Shown here: in pieces, positions 56,192-64,000 of the stretch
Layout: each line of letters starts with the position of its first letter
Numbering within the stretch: the first letter of the stretch is position 1
Origin: Candidatus Pyrohabitans jungbluthii
Lineage (GTDB): Archaea > Hydrothermarchaeota > Hydrothermarchaeia > Hydrothermarchaeales > BMS3B
DNA: 64,000 bases
Assembly (NCBI GenBank): GCA_002010065.2
Contig: MTMD02000002.1
Span: 128,001 to 192,000, forward strand
Direction of reading: 5' to 3'
Made by a program: the position numbers and the translations under genes
Notes under the pieces: model-generated
What the model was told of the DNA's origin: nothing
Databases searched by the model: none
The model's input: the letters and a program-made list of their open reading frames with translations, nothing else

Positions 56192-56386
56192 TCAGGCTAA
56201 TATGTGTGCCGGCGCCTTTACGAGTGCAGAGAGTTCCTTGGGGGAGTAGCCAGCTGCCACCAGTATGAGGACTATCACTATGGTTAACCCTGCAACTATC
56301 AGCGCACCTATGTCCTCGCGGCGCTCTGACATGAAGATTTCTCTGTCCTTGGCTTCAAGTTCTTCCACTCTTGCCTCTTCAGCCAT
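56192..56386 (-). CDS. Small single-TM membrane protein
   Basis: GGGGGTG RBS; EDIGALIVAGLTIVIVLILVA helix; sits between YeiH and USP. Confidence 0.7.
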   Translation of the reverse strand: MAEEARVEELEAKDREIFMSERREDIGALIVAGLTIVIVLILVAAGYSPKELSALVKAPAHILA

Positions 56387-56399
56387 CTTTCACACCCCC

Positions 56400-57554
56400 T
56401 TACGCACCTGCCGCAGCCATGCCTGCGAAGAAGTCCGCGCCAAGAGCAAGAATCACCAGTAGAGAGACGCCTGCCTTGAAGAGCGCTGCAACCACGCCGA
56501 TCACAAAGGCGGTACCACCAGCCTTCTTCATCTGCTGAACATCTATGTTGAGACCGATGCCAGCGAAGCCTATAGCGAAGAACCACTTCATCAGGTCCTT
56601 GCCCAGAAGCTGAGCCATGGGCGACCTCTTTCCTAATTCTGCAGCCGTTCCGAAAACGCCCAGACTGTTTAATATAACCACTGCAAAGAAGCCGAGAACG
56701 AACACTGGGAACTTCTCTTTGATGACGCCCCAGACGTCAACTTTCCCAGCTTCTTTGCCAGCGGGGCGAACGATGTAGAACCAGATGCCGAAGAGCACTA
56801 TGATGGGTATGAAGACCACTCTCACTATGTTGACTATTGTTGCGCTGAGCAGGGCTGCGTTGCCAGTGAACCAGGAGTCGTAGAGCGCAGCAGCAGCCGT
56901 GAGCTGGGCGGTGTTAAGTATAGCGGTAGCCACCCATGCGCCAAACATCTCCTGGGTCATTCCAAGGGCTCTGCCTATGAAAGGCAGCGTGAACAGCATC
57001 ACCGTTCCGAAGAGCAGTATAGTGGCTATAGCATAGAACAGATCTCTCGGTCTCGAGCGCACCACTGGCGACATCGCTATAATCGCCGAGACACCACAGA
57101 TACCTACACCAGCGCCCATTATACCGGCAAGGGAGTCAGGGACGCCAAAGCGCTTGCCCAGGGTCATCACCATTACCGCTGTACCGAAGACGAAGATAAT
57201 CACCATGAGCGTCGCAGGTCCGGTAGCTCTGACCACGTCACCCCACATGTAGTGAGCACCCAGAAGGATAATACCCGGCTTGATTATCGGTCTTGCGATG
57301 TTCACACCGTTCTGCAGCACCTTGGGTATGCCCACCGTGTTCCTGATTATCATACCTCCCAGCAGGAGTATGATGACGTAGCTGGCGAAGCCGCTCTGCT
57401 TGAGAACCTTCCAGAAGCCGCCGCCCTTTGCCAGTTGCCCTACCAGAGCTTCGATGTTCATTGCAATTATAGCAAATATAATACATGCTATTAGACCGGG
57501 TAGCCAGCCCATAAACTCTTCTGCAGTTGGCCATAGCCTCTTATACTGCGCCAT
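56400..57554 (-). CDS. YeiH-family (putative sulfate exporter, PSE) membrane transporter
   Basis: GIILLG, G.GICGVSAIIA, FGAW, N.VRV, FP.FVLGF, AGIGL. Confidence 0.88.
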   Translation of the reverse strand: MAQYKRLWPTAEEFMGWLPGLIACIIFAIIAMNIEALVGQLAKGGGFWKVLKQSGFASYVIILLLGGMIIRNTVGIPKVLQNGVNIARPIIKPGIILLGAHYMWGDVVRATGPATLMVIIFVFGTAVMVMTLGKRFGVPDSLAGIMGAGVGICGVSAIIAMSPVVRSRPRDLFYAIATILLFGTVMLFTLPFIGRALGMTQEMFGAWVATAILNTAQLTAAAALYDSWFTGNAALLSATIVNIVRVVFIPIIVLFGIWFYIVRPAGKEAGKVDVWGVIKEKFPVFVLGFFAVVILNSLGVFGTAAELGKRSPMAQLLGKDLMKWFFAIGFAGIGLNIDVQQMKKAGGTAFVIGVVAALFKAGVSLLVILALGADFFAGMAAAGA

Positions 57555-57566
57555 AACTCCACCTCC

Positions 57567-57747
57567 TTACCTAACCACATATACGGAACATTCCGCCTTC
57601 TCCGCCATCTCGCTGAAGACACTGCCCACTATTATCCCAAAAGTTTACAGTCACTTTTGCCCCGAAGGTCTCTGCAAACTCTGCCACCCCTTCGACGGCT
57701 CTATTGGTGTTTTCTGAGCCGTCGGTAATTACAAGTATCTTCTCCAA
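57567..57747 (-). pseudogene. Internally deleted, frameshifted USP gene
   Basis: After strong RBS AGGAGGTGA, TTG-EKILVITDGSENTNRAVE..AEFAETFGAKVTV (USP N-terminus) joined out of frame to IVGSVFSEMAEKAECSVYVVR* (USP C-terminus). Confidence 0.75.
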
Positions 57748-57794
57748 CTAATCACCTCCTCTATATCCTCCAAATCTATTTTAGCTCCCCCCGG

Positions 57795-57845
57795 TATATA
57801 AAGCCTTTTCGGAGTTTTGCAAAAATTGCACATAATTTGCAAAAC
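57795..57845 (-). promoter_or_regulatory. TATA box plus upstream palindromic TTTGCAAA boxes for the USP/YeiH operon
   Basis: Minus-strand TTTATATA at 57795-57802; GTTTTGCAAA (57814-57823) and TTTGCAAAAC (57836-57845) inverted. Confidence 0.5.
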
Positions 57846-57973
57846 CGTATTTTAAATGATTTTAATTTTTTTAAGACCCATGAAAATCCACTTTAATTTC
57901 TCGAAGTCCTAGAATATAATAAAGTTTCTGAAGGGTCGGTATTTTTATATACCCTGCACTGCGAGTAATTCCC

Positions 57974-58867
57974 ATGACTCTGCGGGAAAACAACTTGGGC
58001 GAGGTGCTTGCCCAGGCTCTGCCCTACATTGAAAAATTCTATGGTCACTACGTGGTTATCAAGTACGGCGGGCACGCGATGTTGGACGAGGAAGCTAAAG
58101 CGTGGACCATTCGCGATACTATACTCCTGCGCTATGTGGGCATGAAGCCTGTGGTGGTGCACGGCGGCGGCCCCGAGATAACTAGGGCGATGGAGAAGAT
58201 GGGAAAGACGCCTCGCTTCGTCGCTGGTTTGCGCTATACCGACGAGGAGACTCTGGATATAGTGAAGATGGTGCTGGTGGGCAAGATAAACACAGAGCTT
58301 GTTTCCATGTTCAATGCTCAAGGGTGTAAGGCTGTGGGGCTCTCTGGCAAAGATGGAAGCCTCATCGTTGCAAGAAAGCGAGCAAGCATGCTTGTGAGAG
58401 AAGGAGGCGAGGAGAAGGAGGTGGACCTGGGCTTAGTGGGTGAGACGGAGCGGGTTAACCCTGAGATAATTCACATCCTGAGCGAGCGAGGGTACATCCC
58501 TGTGATCTCCCCCATAGGTTTGAGCCACGATGGGACAAGCCTGAACCTCAATGCAGATACCGTCGCTGGCGACATCGCAGCTTCGCTCAAGGCAAAGAAG
58601 CTTATAATCCTCACCGACGTGCCGGGCGTGCTGCGCGACCTGAGCGATGAGTCGAGTGTGATAAGAGAGCTGAAAACCACCCAGATTAAGGGCCTGATAA
58701 AGAGGGGGATAATCAAGGGCTCCATGCTGCCCAAGGTTGAAGCGTGTAAGCGCGCTCTCCTTGGCGGGGTTGAGAAGGCGCACATCATAGACGGTCGCCT
58801 CAAGCACGCGATTCTGCTGGAGCTGTTCACCGATGAGGGTATAGGCACGATGATCGTCAAGGGCTGA
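57974..58867 (+). CDS. argB: Acetylglutamate kinase
   Basis: VIKYGG, VHGGGPEI, GLR.TD, DLG.VG, NLNAD, LTDV.G, M.PK, GIGT. Confidence 0.97.
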   Translation: MTLRENNLGEVLAQALPYIEKFYGHYVVIKYGGHAMLDEEAKAWTIRDTILLRYVGMKPVVVHGGGPEITRAMEKMGKTPRFVAGLRYTDEETLDIVKMVLVGKINTELVSMFNAQGCKAVGLSGKDGSLIVARKRASMLVREGGEEKEVDLGLVGETERVNPEIIHILSERGYIPVISPIGLSHDGTSLNLNADTVAGDIAASLKAKKLIILTDVPGVLRDLSDESSVIRELKTTQIKGLIKRGIIKGSMLPKVEACKRALLGGVEKAHIIDGRLKHAILLELFTDEGIGTMIVKG

Positions 58868-58868
58868 G

Positions 58869-60041
58869 ATGATAAGAGAAAAGAGGCTCTACAAGCTGCG
58901 CTCCCGCGATGAAGATTTTGTTGTGGAGGAGCTTATCGACCTGCCGCAGGTAGAGGATGGACGCTACGCTCTTTACCGAATGACAAAGCGCAAGCTCACA
59001 ACGCTTGAGGCGCTGAAGATTCTGGCGAGAAGGAAACGTGTACCTTTGAGCAGGATATCCTATGCGGGCTTGAAGGACAAGCACGGCATAGCGGTGCAGC
59101 ACCTCTCCTCGCCGAGAGAGTATGACCTCAGCATTGAGGAGAGGAACTTTAGGGTGGAGTTTCTCTACTACACCGACGAGAGGCTCCGCCTTGGCATGCA
59201 TCTCGGCAATCGCTTCACCATAACTTTGCGTAAGGTGCGCCGTCCTGCGTACAGAAAATTCCTCGCCAACGTGCCGCGCTTCCAGGAGGCGGAGATACCC
59301 AACTACTACGACAGCCAGCGCTTTGGCTCGCTTCGCGGCGCTCAGCGCTTCCTTGCGGAGGAGGTTATGAGGGGCAACTATGAGGAGGCGTTGAAGCTTC
59401 ACCTGACATCAGCGTATCGCAAGCAGAAGAGCTACATTAAGAGGATAAAGCGCTTCATCGCCGAGCAGTGGGGCGACTGGACTAAGTGCAGGAAATTCCT
59501 GGAGCAGGAGCGGCGCTATGAGAATTTTTTAGAGATAGTTGCCTTTCTGGAGAAGAGCGAAGATTTCGTGGGTGCCCTGCGCTTAATACCTGAGCAGCTG
59601 CGCATGCTTTACGCTGCGAGCTATCAGAGCTTTCTGTGGAATGAGGCGCTGAAGCGCATGCTTCTCTCGGCGCTGGGGAAGGAGGCGCTGGAGGAAGTTG
59701 AGTACCTTGCGGGGAGCCTTTACTTTCCGAAGGGAGAGCATGTCCACGCCCTGCGGGAAGCTCTCCCTAAGCCTAAGCTGGAGATGCCCTGTCCAGAGAG
59801 CAAGGAGCGCATATACAGGGTGCTCCTGAGAGAACGCGGGCTAAGGCTTAGAGACATGCGCAGACTTGAGAAGCTTGGCATGCCTATAGCGAGGAATGAG
59901 CGCAACCTGCTTTTTTCAGCAAGGGAGCTTTGCATCAAGGAGAAAGGCGTTGAGGGTAACTACCCGTGGCTCACCCTCAGCTTCTGGCTACCGCCTGGAA
60001 GCTACGCAACCATTGTGCTTAAGGCGCTGGTAAGCGCGTAA
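58869..60041 (+). CDS. truD: tRNA pseudouridine(13) synthase TruD/Pus7 family
   Basis: EDFVVEE, YAGLKDK, LGNRF.I, NYY..QRFG, QS.LWN, F.LPPGSYAT. Confidence 0.92.
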   Translation: MIREKRLYKLRSRDEDFVVEELIDLPQVEDGRYALYRMTKRKLTTLEALKILARRKRVPLSRISYAGLKDKHGIAVQHLSSPREYDLSIEERNFRVEFLYYTDERLRLGMHLGNRFTITLRKVRRPAYRKFLANVPRFQEAEIPNYYDSQRFGSLRGAQRFLAEEVMRGNYEEALKLHLTSAYRKQKSYIKRIKRFIAEQWGDWTKCRKFLEQERRYENFLEIVAFLEKSEDFVGALRLIPEQLRMLYAASYQSFLWNEALKRMLLSALGKEALEEVEYLAGSLYFPKGEHVHALREALPKPKLEMPCPESKERIYRVLLRERGLRLRDMRRLEKLGMPIARNERNLLFSARELCIKEKGVEGNYPWLTLSFWLPPGSYATIVLKALVSA

Positions 60042-60094
60042 ATGCCCCTCATTTCTGGGAATAATCTTCTAAACCCAGGATTTTGTATTGCGAG

Positions 60095-60697
60095 TTACTC
60101 CTCCACTTCAATTACAAACTCGTCCCCCTCAAGCCTGGTTGCGGCGATTCTCGCACGCTTTGGTATCGAGAACAGCGTGAAGTATGCCTTGTCCTGGGCG
60201 TAGGCTCTGACCTCCACCGACTCCCTCAGCCTCTGCACGTCTATATCCTCCTCGCTTTTTACGCCAGGTACCTTGATACGGTAAATTACCCTGTTGCCTC
60301 TGCGCTCCACCTTTGTCTCTGGCTCCTCCGTCACCTTTGGTGGCAGGCGCTGTGCCTTTGGCTTTGCCTCTTTCACGCCCAGGCGCTGCAGTATCTCTGG
60401 CTCCTTATCCTTGAAATCCCCAAAGGTGCGCACCTCCACGCGTGGCTCTTTTCCAGGCTCTGAGCTGATCTTTATGCTTACACCGCCCCCGCGCCGCTCT
60501 CTAGGAGGGGGCATGGTAAATCTGCGAAACATGCGCTCTATCTCGCGAAACTCGCGGTCTATCTCATCGAAGATGCTGCTGAAGTCGAGTAAGCCCGGAT
60601 ACTTCTCATAGGCGCGCCTTCTGCGCAGGTTTACGCCGCAGTTGGGGCAGTAGTTCCAGTTCCTGCGGACCTCCTCATTGCAGTTGAAGCAGCGCAT
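60095..60697 (-). CDS. Zinc-ribbon + Hsp20/alpha-crystallin-like protein
   Basis: CFNC...W.YCPNCG; EEP, VPGVKSEEDI.V, S.EV.A. Confidence 0.75.
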   Translation of the reverse strand: MRCFNCNEEVRRNWNYCPNCGVNLRRRRAYEKYPGLLDFSSIFDEIDREFREIERMFRRFTMPPPRERRGGGVSIKISSEPGKEPRVEVRTFGDFKDKEPEILQRLGVKEAKPKAQRLPPKVTEEPETKVERRGNRVIYRIKVPGVKSEEDIDVQRLRESVEVRAYAQDKAYFTLFSIPKRARIAATRLEGDEFVIEVEE

Positions 60698-60734
60698 GCT
60701 TCTACTTTTCTCCCCTGTCGTAATATAATTTTCC

Positions 60735-61484
60735 TCAGATTCCGTAGAACCTCCTCGCATTCGCAGATACTGTGCTTCTCACTTTCTCCTCGCTCATGCC
60801 CTTGAGCTCAGCCAACGTCTCAACACTCGCGAAGATGAACACCGGCTGGTTGCGCTTCTCTCCCTTAATTGGTGAGAGGTAGGGGGAATCTGTCTCCAGG
60901 ATTATGCTCTCAAGGGGCAAGGCACGAGCAAGGCGCTGCTGATGCTCCGAGAAGCACAGGTTCGTGGCGAGGGAGATGCTGTAGCCGCTTTCTAGGATTC
61001 TTATAGCCGTCTCCACACTTCCGCCGTAGCAGTGGAAGAGTGCCTTCTCCACCTCAAGATTGAGAAGCATGCGAAGCGCCTCTTCCTCCGCTTCCCGTGC
61101 ATGCACCACCAGGGGGAGGGAATGCTCCTTTGCTAGAGTAGCCACAGCCTCAAAAACTTCCTTCTGCCTCTGCACATTCTCCCTGTCCAGGTGGTAGTCT
61201 AATCCCGCTTCGCCCAGGGCAACAAGCTGGTCTATGCTCTTTTCTATGCGCTCAAGCATTGCCTCAACGGCGCTCCTCTCCATCTTCGCCGCTTTGTACG
61301 GGTGAATGCCCGCAGTAGTGTAGATGAACTTATATTGCTGGGAGAGCTCCAGGGATTTGGCTAAGGTCGCCTGGGTAACGGCGCAGTCAACAACGCTTAG
61401 CCTTGCGCGCCTGCATCTCGCTATAACCTCTTCGCGGTCGCGGTTGAACTTCTTGAATGAGAGGTGGGCGTGGGCGTCCAGCAT
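60735..61484 (-). CDS. tatD: TatD-family nuclease
   Basis: DAHAH, GIHP, GEAGLD, VHAR, FHCY, ETDSP. Confidence 0.93.
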   Translation of the reverse strand: MLDAHAHLSFKKFNRDREEVIARCRRARLSVVDCAVTQATLAKSLELSQQYKFIYTTAGIHPYKAAKMERSAVEAMLERIEKSIDQLVALGEAGLDYHLDRENVQRQKEVFEAVATLAKEHSLPLVVHAREAEEEALRMLLNLEVEKALFHCYGGSVETAIRILESGYSISLATNLCFSEHQQRLARALPLESIILETDSPYLSPIKGEKRNQPVFIFASVETLAELKGMSEEKVRSTVSANARRFYGI

Positions 61485-61529
61485 GCTGCTCCTTCTGCTC
61501 CGAAGGATAAAAAGGTATCCTGCACAAAA

Positions 61530-61566
61530 TTTATATAGTATTACTTTTTACTGCAAAAGTAATACT
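61530..61566 (+). promoter_or_regulatory. TATA box plus NikR-like operator
   Basis: TTTATATA immediately followed by perfect IR AGTATTACTTTT-N6-AAAAGTAATACT (= GTATTA-N16-TAATAC). Confidence 0.75.
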
Positions 61567-61588
61567 TAATATGAGGAGGTGAAATAGT

Positions 61589-62221
61589 TTGCATATTCCC
61601 GATGGGTTCATACCCCTGAGTCAGGCTGTGATTTATACCATAGTTGCCATTGCATTTATTGCACATTCCATCAAGTGGGCGCGGGAGGAGTTTCATGAAG
61701 TCCCCCTCTTTGCCACCCTCGCTGCAGGCATATTTGCGATTCAGGCGCTCAACATACCCATACCCTGGGGTACCTCCGGGCACATGACCGGTGGTGTTCT
61801 CGCTGCAATACTCCTGGGCTCCCCCTGGGCAGGTGTGTTTCTCCTCACCCTGGTGCTGGTGGTGCAGGCTCTTTTCTTTGCCGACGGCGGCATAACAGTG
61901 CTCGGAGCGAACATTCTAAACATGGGTGTTATTTCAAGCTTTGTTGGGTACTACATCTACGTTGCCTTGAGAGGCAGAATAGGCATCGCCAGTGCCAGCT
62001 TCATTGGAGCATGGCTTGGCCTTGTCACAGCTGCCCTCGCCACTGCAGTGGAGTTAGCGATCGCCGGCACCTTTCCACTGCGTGAGGGTTTGCTGTTCAT
62101 GGGCCTCTACCACATGGTGATAGGCTTGGTAGCTGAGGGCACACTTACAGCGCTTGTGGTTACCACTGTGCTCAAAGTCAGCCCGGACATGCTTCCTGCC
62201 AAGGCAAGGGAGGTGGTGTAA
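61589..62221 (+). CDS. cbiM: Ni/Co ECF transporter S component CbiM/NikM
   Basis: N-terminal MHIPDG, GTSGH, QA..FADGG...LGAN..NM, H..IG..EG. Confidence 0.95.
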   Translation: MHIPDGFIPLSQAVIYTIVAIAFIAHSIKWAREEFHEVPLFATLAAGIFAIQALNIPIPWGTSGHMTGGVLAAILLGSPWAGVFLLTLVLVVQALFFADGGITVLGANILNMGVISSFVGYYIYVALRGRIGIASASFIGAWLGLVTAALATAVELAIAGTFPLREGLLFMGLYHMVIGLVAEGTLTALVVTTVLKVSPDMLPAKAREVV

Positions 62222-62506
62222 ATGCTGCAGGAGCGCAGGTATCTCCTAGCGCTGGGTATTGCCTTTCTTATAGCAGTGCTTGCGCCTTTTCTCGCTTCGC
62301 CCAATCCCGACGGCCTGGAGAGCACCGCTGAGAAGTTTGAAAGCGCTCAAGATAAGGAGCTTGAACTTGTCTCCTCGCCCTTCCCGGACTACACCATACC
62401 TGGTATTGAGGGTAGCGCTTCAGAGGTTGCGGCGATGCTCATTGGCACAGCGCTCATCTTCATCTTAAGCTTTGGTGCTGCTAAGGCTCTGGCGAAGGCG
62501 GGGTAA
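62222..62506 (+). CDS. PDGLE-domain protein (NikN-like)
   Basis: AS.NPDGLE, P.PDY, two TM helices. Confidence 0.9.
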   Translation: MLQERRYLLALGIAFLIAVLAPFLASPNPDGLESTAEKFESAQDKELELVSSPFPDYTIPGIEGSASEVAAMLIGTALIFILSFGAAKALAKAG

Positions 62507-63346
62507 ATGCACATCATCGAAACCCAGAGGCTGTGCTACAATTACCCCGACGGAACTACAGCGCTTCGCCAGGTTGACTTCATAGTAAACAGAAGCGAGA
62601 TAGTTGCAGTACTCGGAGCCAACGGCGCGGGCAAGACCACGCTGCTCAAGCACCTCAATGGTTTGCTAACCCCAACCTCCGGCAGGGTGCTCGTCGCCGG
62701 AGAGGAGATTACCAGGGAAAATCTGCTGTGGGTTCGCAAGACTGTGGGACTGGTCTTCCAGAACCCGGAGGAGCAGCTTTTTGCACCGAGCGTGGAAGAG
62801 GACGTAGCCTTTGGGCCGAGAAACCTGGGGTTGAGCGAGGACGTGGTGCAGCACCGCGTAGAGGAGGCACTGAAGCTGGTGGGCATGCAGGGCTACGAGG
62901 AGAAGGCGCCCCACAACCTGAGCTATGGAGAGAAGAAGCGCATCGCAATCGCTGGTGTGCTCGCCATGGAGCCCCAGGTGCTTGTGCTGGACGAGCCCAC
63001 CTCTGGCTTGGATCCTCTTGGCGTGGAGGAGCTGGTAAGGCTTCTCAAACGTCTGCGCAGGCTGGGGCTCAGCCTGGTAATCGCCACCCACGACGTTGAC
63101 CTCGTGCCAATGCTGGCTGACAGGGTGTACCTGCTCCACAGGGGCAGTGTTGTGGGCGAAGGTACTGCTGAGGAGATATTCACGAGGGTTGTTCGTGGTG
63201 CGCCGGAGAGGTATAACCTGCGCCTGCCCTACGTTGCCCAGCTTTTGCTCAGGCTGCAGGAGATGGGCTTTGATGTGGAGGTCAAGCTTACTGTTGAAGA
63301 CACTGCGCAGGAGGTAGCAAGGCATCTGGGAGCAGGAAATATTTGA
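62507..63346 (+). CDS. cbiO: ECF ATPase CbiO/NikO
   Basis: GANGAGKTT, VFQNP..QLF, DVAFGP.N, LSYGEKKR, LDEP, THD. Confidence 0.95.
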   Translation: MHIIETQRLCYNYPDGTTALRQVDFIVNRSEIVAVLGANGAGKTTLLKHLNGLLTPTSGRVLVAGEEITRENLLWVRKTVGLVFQNPEEQLFAPSVEEDVAFGPRNLGLSEDVVQHRVEEALKLVGMQGYEEKAPHNLSYGEKKRIAIAGVLAMEPQVLVLDEPTSGLDPLGVEELVRLLKRLRRLGLSLVIATHDVDLVPMLADRVYLLHRGSVVGEGTAEEIFTRVVRGAPERYNLRLPYVAQLLLRLQEMGFDVEVKLTVEDTAQEVARHLGAGNI

Positions 63347-64000
63347 GATTGAGAGAGAGGCGCTCAAGCATAGCTTAATCCACGGCATCGACGCGAGGGT
63401 AAAGCTCTTCTCCACCCTCTCCTTAATTTTGGTGGCAGTGTTTCTTGGGCGAAGTGAGGAAATTGAGCTTAAGAGTAAGATGCTGAGCCTCGCGCTGCTC
63501 CAGACTTACATAGTGCTCCTTGTCCTCCTGGCGAAGCTCAACCTCCGCTTCTTTTTTCTGCGCGTCGCCTTAATTTTGCCCTTTGGGGGGAGCATCGCTT
63601 TGCTGAGGCCTTTCTTCGAGCCCGGAGAGGTGATTTTCTCATTTTACGTAATTAATGTTACTCGGGAAGGCGTTGCTGCCGGCGCTGTGCTGCTTGCGAT
63701 AATTGTTGTAAGCGTCTCAGCGGTGGTGCTGCTCTCCTCAACCACGCGCATGCAAGCGCTCATCGCAGCCCTGCGCAGCTTCCGCGTACCGGGCGAGGTT
63801 GTGCTCATTCTGGGCATGACATTGCGCTTCATTTTCCTGTACATGCGGAGCTTTCAGGAGGTGGTTCAGGCGCAGCGCAACCGCGCCTTTTCCCTGCGCA
63901 GCAAGCGGGTTAAGCGAAGCCATGTGCTTCGCGTGCTCGCTTACACGGCGGCGATGATATTCATACGCGCTTATAAGCACGGAGAGGCAATTTACCAGGC
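63324..64000 (+). CDS. cbiQ: ECF T component CbiQ/NikQ (runs off window; start uncertain)
   Basis: Read directly: FEIEREALKHSLIHGIDARVKL...LLSSTT....I.ALR..RVP.....ILGMTLRFI.....AQRNR....RAY..GE.IY. Confidence 0.88.
   Translation, partial: MWEQEIFEIEREALKHSLIHGIDARVKLFSTLSLILVAVFLGRSEEIELKSKMLSLALLQTYIVLLVLLAKLNLRFFFLRVALILPFGGSIALLRPFFEPGEVIFSFYVINVTREGVAAGAVLLAIIVVSVSAVVLLSSTTRMQALIAALRSFRVPGEVVLILGMTLRFIFLYMRSFQEVVQAQRNRAFSLRSKRVKRSHVLRVLAYTAAMIFIRAYKHGEAIYQ

Noticed and set aside
597-63980. Many antisense or alternative-frame ORFs (e.g. 28321-29061, 34531-35238, 62666-63415)
   Set aside because: They are shadows of well-supported genes on the other strand and have no recognisable motifs.
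1-64000. tRNA, rRNA, CRISPR arrays, IS elements
   Set aside because: None recognised by eye; intergenic gaps are short and explained by promoters. A covariance-model scan would be needed to exclude small ncRNAs.

Overview
A 64-kb stretch of a gene-dense archaeal chromosome that contains the replication origin. It looks euryarchaeal-type; Ca. Hydrothermarchaeota is a plausible guess from gene content, but this is inference only. The origin is an AT-rich region (about 30944-31497) with three ORB boxes, flanked by cdc6/orc1-DP1-DP2 (PolD) on the left and an orphan HerA-family ATPase on the right. Housekeeping genes include trpD, trpF, aroK, tyrA, aroD, aroE, ilvD, argB, truD, coaD, ubiD/ubiX, sec11, a Liv-type ABC transporter and a Nik/Cbi ECF transporter behind a NikR-like operator. 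The strongest findings are: (1) a complete four-part archaeal NHEJ operon (PE, Pol, Ku, Lig) with an Ap4A-hydrolase-like Nudix gene translationally coupled inside it; (2) a circularly permuted, membrane-anchored FKBP; (3) a catalytically dead TrpF paralog in tandem with trpF; (4) an RHH/AlkP/CysD-like operon sharing a C-terminal LRxLGY motif; (5) an orphan His-rich cytochrome b with a possible membrane-sensor/wHTH pair; (6) a radical SAM/SPASM + two SRPBCC + GNAT cluster next to a YeiH/USP module with a USP pseudogene; (7) QueH in an archaeon; (8) a mosaic CWB2-anchored surface protein. I found no tRNA, rRNA, CRISPR array or transposase. All calls come from motif recognition by eye; no database searches were run.
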